In this document: piece by piece, positions 10,183 through 18,786 of the stretch
How the letters are laid out: every line of letters begins with the position of its first letter
How positions within the stretch are numbered: position 1 is the stretch's first letter
From: a bacterium
GTDB taxonomy: Bacteria > Zhuqueibacterota > Zhuqueibacteria > Oceanimicrobiales > Oceanimicrobiaceae
Assembly: GCA_046757525.1 (NCBI GenBank)
Contig: JBHHYI010000006.1
Span: forward strand, 1 to 54,177
Direction: 5' to 3'
DNA: 54,177 nt
Position numbers and translations under genes: made by a program
The notes under the pieces: generated by a model
The model's database searches: none
Told to the model about the DNA's origin: nothing
What the model saw: the letters and a program-made list of their open reading frames with translations, nothing else

Positions 10183-10223
10183 GATTGCACTCCTTTTGCA
10201 ACAAGGTGAATCTGTAAGAGGGA

Positions 10224-10730
10224 CTATTCAATAAGCATCAATAGGGTATCCTTATCTACCGATTCTTCGTCGGTCTTGAAAATTTTCTTGACAATACCGC
10301 CTGCAGTGGCCTTGATTTCGTTTTCCATCTTCATGGCCTCAATAATGACCAATCCATCCCCTGGTTTGACGCGCTGGCCTTCGCGGACTTCGATCTTCAC
10401 TATTAAGCCGGGCATGGGTGCTTTTACCTGTTTCGGCTCTGCACGCTTCGCTTCCTTTTTTGTGAGTCGATTTAGCTGTTTTTGTCTTTCGTCGGCTAAC
10501 TCAACATGGTATTTCTGATTATCGACGATGACTTCGTAACACGCTGAGTTTTTGCGAATGAATAGTTGGTAACAGCGGTTGGCAAATACTAAGGAGAAGA
10601 GGCCGGGGGGCCCAAGCTGTTGAAATTGCACCGGATGCGATTGTCCATTCAACAAGACTTGAAGCTCACCATCGGTGTCTTGCAACTCGACAGTGTACTC
10701 TTTGCAGGCGGTTTTAGCATAAAGCTTCAT
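10224..10730 (-). CDS. Biotin carboxyl carrier protein (acyl-CoA carboxylase subunit)
   Basis: APMPG and EAMKMENE biotinylation motif. Confidence 0.92.
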   Translation of the reverse strand: MKLYAKTACKEYTVELQDTDGELQVLLNGQSHPVQFQQLGPPGLFSLVFANRCYQLFIRKNSACYEVIVDNQKYHVELADERQKQLNRLTKKEAKRAEPKQVKAPMPGLIVKIEVREGQRVKPGDGLVIIEAMKMENEIKATAGGIVKKIFKTDEESVDKDTLLMLIE

Positions 10731-10771
10731 GGTTTCATCGATAAGTCGTGCAGATCAGACAGGCTCCCGAC

Positions 10772-11035
10772 CTAATTCCAATCTTCTTCACTCCAATCCT
10801 CGGCTTCCCAATCTCCATCCTCGCCGCCAAAATCCTCTTCATCGAATTCTTCTTCGTCATAATCTTCCCCGTCAAAATCCTCCTCCCAGTCTTCTTCATC
10901 TTCCTCATCCCAATCATCTTCCCAGTCGCTGTCATCCTCCCAGCTCTCATCGCTGTCGTAGTATTCCTCGTCAAAAATTTCATCATCGTTTCTAAGATTA
11001 ATTGAGTTATGGTTAGAATTAAAGTTACCGTCCAT
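10772..11035 (-). CDS. Small highly acidic, aromatic-rich hypothetical protein (87 aa)
   Basis: GGAGG RBS before ATG 11035; fills the gap between plsC and BCCP on the same strand. Confidence 0.7.
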   Translation of the reverse strand: MDGNFNSNHNSINLRNDDEIFDEEYYDSDESWEDDSDWEDDWDEEDEEDWEEDFDGEDYDEEEFDEEDFGGEDGDWEAEDWSEEDWN

Positions 11036-11109
11036 TTGGGCCTCCACATCTCAAAGAATGTTTTCCCAACCGTAAAAAAATAAGCGTAGCGTGGCTAACA
11101 GTGTACTCG

Positions 11110-11742
11110 TCAATTCAGACTGTTTGTCCTGAGTTCCTCCCTGAGCTTGTAGACTACTTGCATAACCATCTGGGCCTGCGATTGCAGCGCACTGCGGTTT
11201 TGCAGGCTGACTTCGGTCTTCTTCAGTTTAATTGGCTTCCCCACTTTAGCCCGAATCTTAACCAACCTGGGGAGTTTTCTACCGGGAGGTAACGCCTCCC
11301 GCGTTCCGACAATCGCGATAGGCACCACGGGGCAGTCTGCCATTTGTGCTAAACGTACAAAGCCAGTCCTTGGCCTCGGCGGTTCCTCCGACTCGTGCTT
11401 GCGGGTGCCCTCCGGTGCCATATAAAGAACGTGACCGCGTTGCAGCACCTCAAGAGCATGCTCCAACGAGGCCTGGTCACTAGCCCCGCGCACTATGGGA
11501 AACATGTCCACAGCTCGCAGCCACCAACCCAAAATCGGCACATCGAACAATGAGTGCTTTACCATGGTCGAGGCCTTGGTTTTCACCACCAAAGCCATGG
11601 CTGGAATGTCGAGAATGCTGTTGTGATTTATGATTCCTATGTACGGGCCTTTGGCCGGCAAATTCTCCCTACCAAAACTTTTCCCACGAAAAAGAACTTT
11701 CATGACGATCTTGAATATATAATAGGAAATCCAATAAACCAC
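11110..11742 (-). CDS. plsC: 1-acyl-sn-glycerol-3-phosphate acyltransferase
   Basis: NHNSILD (HxxxxD) and PEGTR motifs. Confidence 0.88.
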   Translation of the reverse strand: MVYWISYYIFKIVMKVLFRGKSFGRENLPAKGPYIGIINHNSILDIPAMALVVKTKASTMVKHSLFDVPILGWWLRAVDMFPIVRGASDQASLEHALEVLQRGHVLYMAPEGTRKHESEEPPRPRTGFVRLAQMADCPVVPIAIVGTREALPPGRKLPRLVKIRAKVGKPIKLKKTEVSLQNRSALQSQAQMVMQVVYKLREELRTNSLN

Positions 11743-11765
11743 GATAATTCTCCCTCCGAGTGCTC

Positions 11766-11794
11766 AAATTAATGCATTATTACAATAAATGCAA
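11766..11794 (-). promoter_or_regulatory. Putative promoter for the plsC operon with overlapping imperfect palindrome
   Basis: Minus strand TTGCAT, 17 bp, TAATTT; palindrome TGCATT...AATGCA. Confidence 0.45.
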
Positions 11795-11856
11795 GCTTTT
11801 TTTGACCAGGCTGGTCTTGCACGACGGTACGGCTTAAGATACTGTTATCTTGGGAC

Positions 11857-12441
11857 TTACATGTAGAGCTTATTGCTCAGAATGTAGGCTTCTACTGCAG
11901 GCGGCACCAGATACTTGATGGATCGCCTGTTTTGGACGAATTGTCGGACGGTCGTAGAGGATATTTCGATAAAAGGGGCATCTTGCAAATATATGATCTC
12001 TTTCTCATCGATTTGTTCCGGCAGATTCGCCAGGTTATCTCTGCTTCTCGGAAATACCACGAGGGTGCACAGTTGCAGAATCTTCTCCGGGCTTTTCCAC
12101 CGATGAAAAGAGAACAGATTGTCAGAACCGATGATCCAAAACAAGTGCTCCCTGGGCACTTTTAGTTGGTCCTTAAAGAATGCGATGGTATCCACACTGT
12201 AAGTGACGCCTTGCCGGTTCATTTCCACGTCAGAAATTGTAAAACCGAGGTTGTCCGAGGTCGCAAGCTTGACCATCTCAAACCGGAACTGGGCATCTAC
12301 ATAGATTTGTTTGTGTGGAGGAAATGCAGAAGGGACGAAAATGACCTTTTGGAGGTCGAGTTCTTCCTTCACATACTCGGCAATAATCAGGTGAGCATTA
12401 TGAATGGGATCAAACGTCCCCCCATACAGTCCAATTCTCAA
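11857..12441 (-). CDS. nadD: Nicotinate-nucleotide adenylyltransferase
   Basis: GGTFDPIHNAH, IIGSD, ISST. Confidence 0.95.
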   Translation of the reverse strand: MRIGLYGGTFDPIHNAHLIIAEYVKEELDLQKVIFVPSAFPPHKQIYVDAQFRFEMVKLATSDNLGFTISDVEMNRQGVTYSVDTIAFFKDQLKVPREHLFWIIGSDNLFSFHRWKSPEKILQLCTLVVFPRSRDNLANLPEQIDEKEIIYLQDAPFIEISSTTVRQFVQNRRSIKYLVPPAVEAYILSNKLYM

Positions 12442-12452
12442 AATATTCTCGG

Positions 12453-13271
12453 TCAGTTTTTTGTGTGGTTGCCGATGACCGCCTCCCCATCTGCTGCCTG
12501 GTTGATTTTATATTTCGTATGGATGCGTGCAATGCGGTCTTTGGTTTTGGAGCGGTACTTGCTGGTAGGAAACTTCGCCATCAATCCGTTAAAGGTTGCA
12601 AGAGACTCGTCAATGCGTCTTAATTTCAGAAGACATTCGCCCTTCCAGTACAGAGCGTCATCAGCAAATTTCGTGTCGTAGTATTGATTCAAAACGCTGT
12701 CAAAATAAACCAGAGCGGCGGTGTAATTGTGCAATTTACGATAAAGTTGTCCCGCCTTAAAATCCTTTTCAGCCAGCTTAGTCCGGCAAATCAGCAGGAG
12801 CCTTTCAGCCTCGGGGACCAGATCGCTGTCGGGAAAATCTTCCAGAAATTGTTGAAAATGTTTGACGGCTTCCAAAGTATATTTCTGGTCCAGTGCTGGT
12901 TTAGGCGACAGTTTATAATCGCAAACCCCTATTTTGAACCCTGCATCGTCGAGATACTCGCTCTTGGTGTAGAGGCGCTCAAGCCTGTTGTATTCGTCCG
13001 CTGCAATAATGTATTCCTTGAGATGGAAATGACACTCTGCTAAGTAGAATTGCGCCGCATCGATGAAATTCGCTGCTGGATTGTTCAGAGTTAAGATCTT
13101 AAACTGTGTTTTGGCTTCGAAATAATCTTTGTTGTTGAACATTCTTTTGGCCAATTCAAAGCGTTCAGCGGCCGTAATGTTCTTCTTTATCGAGTAGCCG
13201 CCGCAGCTAAGGGCCAGGCTTGCCACAACAAGCCACAGACTAAGTTTTATGATGGTGCCGGAAATCTTCAT
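12453..13271 (-). CDS. bamD: Outer membrane protein assembly factor BamD (TPR lipoprotein)
   Basis: Lipobox LALSC; TPR repeats; DQKYT...F..F...FPDS...LAEKDF pattern. Confidence 0.88.
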   Translation of the reverse strand: MKISGTIIKLSLWLVVASLALSCGGYSIKKNITAAERFELAKRMFNNKDYFEAKTQFKILTLNNPAANFIDAAQFYLAECHFHLKEYIIAADEYNRLERLYTKSEYLDDAGFKIGVCDYKLSPKPALDQKYTLEAVKHFQQFLEDFPDSDLVPEAERLLLICRTKLAEKDFKAGQLYRKLHNYTAALVYFDSVLNQYYDTKFADDALYWKGECLLKLRRIDESLATFNGLMAKFPTSKYRSKTKDRIARIHTKYKINQAADGEAVIGNHTKN

Positions 13272-13300
13272 TCAGTTGCCTTGCTAATAACCCACCTCTG

Positions 13301-13957
13301 TTATCGACTGCGAAGCGAATAAAATAAAAATACGATTATACCCGTAACGCCAGTAATCAACACAGGTTCCCAAAATTTGTTATTTCTTCCAATTCCCTCT
13401 ATTTCCCCCTGGGTGAACGAGATATTTGGATTTTCGATTTGACTCAAATGGACACGTTCAACCCAGTCCGCTTTAGCGCCCTTGATTTCCTCACTGCGCA
13501 ACAATCTGCCCGAAGGCTGTTCAAAGATGCGCACAAATAGGCCAACGTGTCCGATTCGCTGTAGTCTCTGCTCCTCAATACTTTTCTCAGGATTGCGGTT
13601 GATGTATTTTATGCCAACCGACAGGACTTTGTACTCAAAAACGACAAACGGGGCCCGCTGGTCGGACTGTTGATTCTCCTCTGGACCCACGTAGATATTC
13701 TCGAAGCCATGTGATTTTAATACTCCAACGATTCTATCCAGGAAAAACCAATCCGCCCCATTATTGGCCTGGATATTTCTTACTCTAATAGGCCACGTGG
13801 ACTGTATGGAACTATTGACTGCGACATCCTGCAAAAGACTATCGGATAAAGCGGTCAGAAACTCCCTGTTCGTGATTTCTTGACTTCGTGCACTTAAGGT
13901 CAAAAAAACAGTGACTATCGCTAATAAAATCAACAGTAAGTTCTTAAAGCACATCAA
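13301..13957 (-). CDS. Hypothetical exported protein with C-terminal membrane anchor
   Basis: N-terminal signal peptide; C-terminal hydrophobic helix WEPVLITGVTGIIVFLFYSLRSR. Confidence 0.75.
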   Translation of the reverse strand: MMCFKNLLLILLAIVTVFLTLSARSQEITNREFLTALSDSLLQDVAVNSSIQSTWPIRVRNIQANNGADWFFLDRIVGVLKSHGFENIYVGPEENQQSDQRAPFVVFEYKVLSVGIKYINRNPEKSIEEQRLQRIGHVGLFVRIFEQPSGRLLRSEEIKGAKADWVERVHLSQIENPNISFTQGEIEGIGRNNKFWEPVLITGVTGIIVFLFYSLRSR

Positions 13958-14011
13958 TGTTACTTAACAATTCATCCAAAGTTCCCCCCAATTCCCGCTT
14001 CCGCCAGGCTT

Positions 14012-15052
14012 CTATATCCTGATTAGCAAGGACAAAAAATGCCAGCGAGTGTAATCACCGACATTCTTTTCCAAAACAAATGCATAGTTCAGGAAATAAT
14101 CTCGATGCGCAAATCCATTGTCCGGATTAGAAAACAAATTTCTATCCAGCAAGCCCACGCCCCAGGTAAGCGAGTACTCCCCTTCTTCCTTTTTATCAAA
14201 GAAACCAGCGCGCAGTGCCAGGTGTGAAAACAACACCTGCTCAACTCCAAAGTGGATTTCTCGCACCGCCTTGTTTTGTTCCTCGCCCAGGTTGCGAACA
14301 TCGAGGGACAGTAGCATGCTTGCAAACGGCTTGTAAGAAACCCCAACATTTACCGATTCATCCACCAGTCTCTCCAAAGGCCATCTATAATCCTTCAAGG
14401 TGTCGGGCAAATTGATGAAAGACACACCTACATTCAGCCCTTTGTCGGGCTTCAATAGAATGCCATAGCTCACCGCCACGTCCCTGCGACTCTTAGCCGG
14501 GTCGTTTTCATCGCTTCCATATAATAGGCTGGCCGAACCCCCGATGGAGATCTTGTCGGCGAGCTTCCACCGCCCCACAATGGAATGGGCATGGTTCTGT
14601 TGTAATCCAGAAACATCGAACAGATCGTCGTTGGCAAATGCTTCGGGCTGGAAAAAGCCTTCCTCACCCAATAAAATACCGAAGTCGAAGGCGTTCAAGG
14701 AAACAAACACCGATTTTACCAACAAACCCATGGTGAGCAAAAAGTCATCCAAAGAGTAGCTGCCGGTATTGAAGATATCTTTGTTTCGGACACCGCCCAC
14801 CACCAAACCCACAGGATTCAAAAACAAGGTCACCCGTTTGGATTTGTCCGCCTGGTACAAATCCAAAGCTGCCGGGTTGTATTGAATAGAAGCCAGGTCG
14901 TCCTCAACAGAAGTAAACGCACCACCCATGGCCAAAGGCCGGGCCTTCACATCGCTCAGGGTAAAGTATTGGCTGCCCTGAGAAAACGACCAGCCGGGTG
15001 CAAGCAAAGTGAGCAGGCTTAAACCCATTGTTTTAAAACGAATGCCTCTCAA
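14012..15052 (-). CDS. PorV/FadL-like outer membrane beta-barrel protein
   Basis: Signal peptide; ARPLAMGGAF...YNPAAL N-terminal motif; amphipathic strands; TTG start overlaps the lnt stop. Confidence 0.7.
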   Translation of the reverse strand: MRGIRFKTMGLSLLTLLAPGWSFSQGSQYFTLSDVKARPLAMGGAFTSVEDDLASIQYNPAALDLYQADKSKRVTLFLNPVGLVVGGVRNKDIFNTGSYSLDDFLLTMGLLVKSVFVSLNAFDFGILLGEEGFFQPEAFANDDLFDVSGLQQNHAHSIVGRWKLADKISIGGSASLLYGSDENDPAKSRRDVAVSYGILLKPDKGLNVGVSFINLPDTLKDYRWPLERLVDESVNVGVSYKPFASMLLSLDVRNLGEEQNKAVREIHFGVEQVLFSHLALRAGFFDKKEEGEYSLTWGVGLLDRNLFSNPDNGFAHRDYFLNYAFVLEKNVGDYTRWHFLSLLIRI

Positions 15053-16653
15053 ACTGCATCCCTCTTGCCAAATAAGAAAGCCACAGGTAGCAGCAAAACA
15101 CCCAGGCCAGAGACGACCTGCGTGAAAATATTCCCATGCCTGGTGAAAAAAGAAGTTTCTCTTCTCAGCGGCAAACTCGCCGTCAAGTAGGCCTCCTCAA
15201 ACAGCGGCGACCTTCCTTTCACGCGGCCATAGGGATCGATAAACATGGAGACACCGGTGTTGGCGCATCTCGCAATGCTGATTCTATTTTCTATGGCACG
15301 GAACACGGACATTTGTGCGTGTTGGTACAGACCAGCATTCAACCACCAGGGGAAATGATCTCTGCCAAACCAGGCGTCGTTGGTGATCACGGTCACGAGT
15401 CTTGCCCCCTGTTGTACGAACTTGCGTACCAGGTCCGGGAATATAGATTCAAAACAAATGACCGAAGCCACTGGAACCGTGCCGGTAAGCCTGGGGTTGT
15501 GCACCCGGGCACTCGTGCCGTTGGTTACAGCCCCTTGTTTGTCTGTGGCGACATGATCTTTCAGCGGCAGGTCGAACACCACCACCTTGTCACCCGGGGA
15601 AAAATTGCCCTGGCCCATCTCCAGCTTCTGGATGAATTCCTTAAATATAGGTATGGAATCCTCATAGGGAACCCTTTCCCCAAACGGCACCAACTGCATT
15701 TTCGCATATTTAGGGATTCTACTACTGTGCGGAGAAATCATGACCACTGAATTGTAAGTCTTATATTCATTTTTTGAAATGAACCTCGCGTCTGGCGTGC
15801 CGGTGATAAGCGGGGTGTCGATCTCATCCACAAAATTGTGGATTCTGGTGAGATATTTGTAATTCAACAACAAGAACTTAGGACTGGCTGTTTCAGGCCA
15901 TACGATCAAGTCGAGATTCTCCCTGGCAGCCGCCCGGCTGAGCTTTTCATAGATATCGTAGCTCAGGTTTTCGTTGCCTTTTTCCCACTTCATGTAGGGA
16001 TCGATATTCCCCTGCACCACGGCCACTCGCAAGTCATCTTTAAACTCTTCCTGCCGCGGCATCACATGCCGGCCGTACATCCAGGGCAGGACGAAGAGCA
16101 AAACAATGCCGGTCAAAAAAAATGCAACTTTGACTCGATCCTCTAAGTTCTTCAAGATTAAATAGATCAAGACATTGATTACCACCAACCAGAAAGAGAC
16201 GCCAAAAACACTGGTGTACGAAGCAAATTGGATCAGCAACAAATATTGTGTCTGCGTGTAGCCCAGACTGATCCAGGGGAAGCCCAGTTCGCCCAGCGAC
16301 TTCAAATACTCGATGCCGGTCCAAACAAATGGTATTGCGATGACGAATTTCCGGCCCAGCCGTTGTCTCAAAAAGACGTGAATCATCGCATAGAGCGAGT
16401 AATAGAGGGGATGAATAAGTATGGTTGCCAGGGCCCCGGGCACGGTGACAAAATTAATCCAATAGACCGTAGCCACGCTAATAAACAAACCGGTGAGGTA
16501 CCCCCAGCGAAAAGCCTCCTTTAGGTTTTTCTCCTCCAGGATGTAAAAGAAAGGCACCAACCCCCAGTAGGCTAAGAATCCAAACTGGAAGGGTGGGAAA
16601 GAAAAACTGACCAGGAAAGCCGTAAGAAGGGATAGTAGTAACTCTAATCGCAT
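15049..16653 (-). CDS. lnt: Apolipoprotein N-acyltransferase
   Basis: Multiple TM helices; GFPW, QGNI, WPE, KMQLVPFGE, ICFES, NDAWF, RAIENR, NTG. Confidence 0.96.
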   Translation of the reverse strand: MRLELLLSLLTAFLVSFSFPPFQFGFLAYWGLVPFFYILEEKNLKEAFRWGYLTGLFISVATVYWINFVTVPGALATILIHPLYYSLYAMIHVFLRQRLGRKFVIAIPFVWTGIEYLKSLGELGFPWISLGYTQTQYLLLIQFASYTSVFGVSFWLVVINVLIYLILKNLEDRVKVAFFLTGIVLLFVLPWMYGRHVMPRQEEFKDDLRVAVVQGNIDPYMKWEKGNENLSYDIYEKLSRAAARENLDLIVWPETASPKFLLLNYKYLTRIHNFVDEIDTPLITGTPDARFISKNEYKTYNSVVMISPHSSRIPKYAKMQLVPFGERVPYEDSIPIFKEFIQKLEMGQGNFSPGDKVVVFDLPLKDHVATDKQGAVTNGTSARVHNPRLTGTVPVASVICFESIFPDLVRKFVQQGARLVTVITNDAWFGRDHFPWWLNAGLYQHAQMSVFRAIENRISIARCANTGVSMFIDPYGRVKGRSPLFEEAYLTASLPLRRETSFFTRHGNIFTQVVSGLGVLLLPVAFLFGKRDAV

Positions 16654-17666
16654 CTCAATTCAATTTCTCGTCCCGATTTCGCAGACTCATACACCGCTTC
16701 GACTACGCGCATGCGCTCTAACATTTCTGCTCCACTTGAAACCAGTGGCGTGCTATTTTTGAGGGAATCGACAAAGTGCAACAACTCATTTTGGTAGGAC
16801 TTCTTATAAAGATTCATTTGAGTCTCGACCTTGTTAGGCGTCACATTTACCAGGTTCCCGTGCAGTTCTTTGTGAATCCGCAGCGGATTCAAAAGGGCAC
16901 CACCATGCGTGCCAAATAAATTTGTGTAGAAAAAGTCTTTCTCTGACAACAAGGTCCAACTGACTTCGACCGTCAAAGTTGCACCGTTGTTAAGCCTCAA
17001 GAAGGCAGCCGCGGAATCTTCTACTTCTAATTTATTGATTTTATTGTAAGTAGCTGCTTTCACACTTTCCACAGGGACATCGCCCATCAGCCACAAGCCA
17101 ACGTCCAACATCTGAATGCCCAAATCCATGAATACGCCACCGCCCGAAATCTCTTTTTCATAAAGCCACGACCGGTCCAACATTTTTTCTTTTTTCCGCA
17201 GCCACCCTGTTTTTGAATAAAATATTTCGCCAAGATCGCCACCGTTCAAAAAAGACTTTAGAATGATGGCATCCTGTCGGAAGCGCACGTTCATGGCAAC
17301 CATCAATTTCCGCCTGTACCTTTGGGCCGCATCGACCATGTTCTTGGATTCTTCATAATTCCGCGCCATGGGCTTTTCCACCAGCACATGCTTGCCACTG
17401 GAAAGTGCGGCTTCAGCTATGTACAAATGGCTTTGCGTGGGAGTACAGATATCCACCGCCTGCACCTCCTCCAACTTCAGCAATTCCTCGATGTCGTCAA
17501 ACACACGAGGGATTCGATACCGATCAGCTATCCACTGCGCCTTGTTCTTGTTCCTGTCGCACACAGCCAATAGCTGCACGTCCCCAATTTTCTTCCACTG
17601 GGGGATGTGCACGACCTGGGCTACGGCGCCTGTTCCAACAACAGCAATGTTTAGTTTATCAGACAT
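16644..17666 (-). CDS. Gfo/Idh/MocA family oxidoreductase
   Basis: VVGTGAVA, GKHVLVEKP, GGGVFMD. Confidence 0.92.
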   Translation of the reverse strand: MSDKLNIAVVGTGAVAQVVHIPQWKKIGDVQLLAVCDRNKNKAQWIADRYRIPRVFDDIEELLKLEEVQAVDICTPTQSHLYIAEAALSSGKHVLVEKPMARNYEESKNMVDAAQRYRRKLMVAMNVRFRQDAIILKSFLNGGDLGEIFYSKTGWLRKKEKMLDRSWLYEKEISGGGVFMDLGIQMLDVGLWLMGDVPVESVKAATYNKINKLEVEDSAAAFLRLNNGATLTVEVSWTLLSEKDFFYTNLFGTHGGALLNPLRIHKELHGNLVNVTPNKVETQMNLYKKSYQNELLHFVDSLKNSTPLVSSGAEMLERMRVVEAVYESAKSGREIELRCD

Positions 17667-17690
17667 CGCATTTAGTCACAAAGAAGCCGT

Positions 17691-18119
17691 TTATCGGTTG
17701 ACATAGTTCAAATAGTTTTGCAGAATCAGCGTTGCAGACACCCGATCGACCAACAACTTGTTTCTGCTTGGTGACAGATTCATTTGCAGCAAGGCGCGAC
17801 GGGCTTCCACAGAAGTAAATCTTTCGTCCCATAGCAGGACTGGCAACCCGACCTCAGCTTTGAGTTTGTTAGAAAAGGCCTGGGTCTTCATCGTCACGAC
17901 ACTGGCTTCGCCATGAGCATTCAAAGGATGGCCCACAATCACTTCCACGACTTCATATTCCTGAGCCACCTGTTTTATCCGGTGGAGCGCCTCTCTGCGG
18001 CTTTTGTACACGATGGTTGGCAGCCCCTGGGCTATGATGCCCAAAGGATCGCTCACCGCGATGCCAATCTTTTTCTCACCGTAGTCGATTGCCAGGATTC
18101 TGCCTCGACCTTTGCTCAT
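17691..18119 (-). CDS. ruvX: RuvX/YqgF pre-16S rRNA nuclease
   Basis: LAIDYGEKKIGIAVSD, WDERFTS, VD..SA..ILQ. Confidence 0.95.
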   Translation of the reverse strand: MSKGRGRILAIDYGEKKIGIAVSDPLGIIAQGLPTIVYKSRREALHRIKQVAQEYEVVEVIVGHPLNAHGEASVVTMKTQAFSNKLKAEVGLPVLLWDERFTSVEARRALLQMNLSPSRNKLLVDRVSATLILQNYLNYVNR

Positions 18120-18141
18120 AAATGTGTCCGTTGTAAACTAA

Positions 18142-18325
18142 CATTTCTCACTTTACGTGCGGTCAACAGGAGTCTACCGCAACTGTCATTCAGTAGGAAT
18201 CTTTTTGATTTTCAGCGAAGACCCTGCTTCGACACTCATTTCTTAGAATTAAAAAGATTCTTCCAGAATGACAGGTACGATATTGTTTATATGATAGTCT
18301 TATCATCTTGTCGAAGTGAGAAATG
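18142..18325. other. Nested inverted-repeat element (candidate structured ncRNA or REPIN/MITE)
   Basis: CATTTCTCACTT/AAGTGAGAAATG, CTGTCATTC/GAATGACAG and GAATCTTTTTGATTTT/AGAATTAAAAAGATTC nested stems. Confidence 0.55.
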
Positions 18326-18339
18326 CTCATTATAAAGTA

Positions 18340-18367
18340 AAACCGTTAGAGGGAACCCTAACGGTTT
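18340..18367. terminator. Intrinsic terminator downstream of hup, possibly bidirectional
   Basis: AAACCGTTAG / CTAACGGTTT hairpin. Confidence 0.75.
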
Positions 18368-18385
18368 GTCAATGACCTGGACTCA

Positions 18386-18709
18386 TTAAGTTACATTGAT
18401 TTCGTCAAGCGGGGTCTTCAAAACCTCTTTTAGGAGTTTTCCAGCTTTAAAATGCGTTTTACGCCGCGCCGGCACAAAAATGATTTCTCCTGTTTTGGGA
18501 TTTCGTGCCTTGGGTTTTGGTTTGGTTGTTTTCACCTCAAAGACGCCGAAGTCTCTGATCTCAATTCGTACTTCAGGATCGGCTTCTGCCATGAATTCCC
18601 TCAAGGAAGTAAATACTCCATCCACGATCTTTTCAGCTAAATAGATTTTTTCCCCAGCTAACTTAGCAGTTCTCTTCGCAACGTCCTTTTTGGTTATGGT
18701 TTTCTTCAT
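18386..18709 (-). CDS. HU/IHF family DNA-binding protein
   Basis: IEIRDFGVF, ARNPKTGE, FKAGK. Confidence 0.92.
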   Translation of the reverse strand: MKKTITKKDVAKRTAKLAGEKIYLAEKIVDGVFTSLREFMAEADPEVRIEIRDFGVFEVKTTKPKPKARNPKTGEIIFVPARRKTHFKAGKLLKEVLKTPLDEINVT

Positions 18710-18786
18710 GGATTCCACTCCTCTGTTTGAATTGTATACTGTTTACTGTTTTGATCCGACATCCGCAGTTATCTCTAAATAACCCG

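Noticed and set aside
10735..11049. Alternative-frame Lys/Met-rich ORF and antisense ORFs over the acidic gene
   Set aside because: By-products of the GAN-rich low-complexity sequence; the RBS supports the acidic frame
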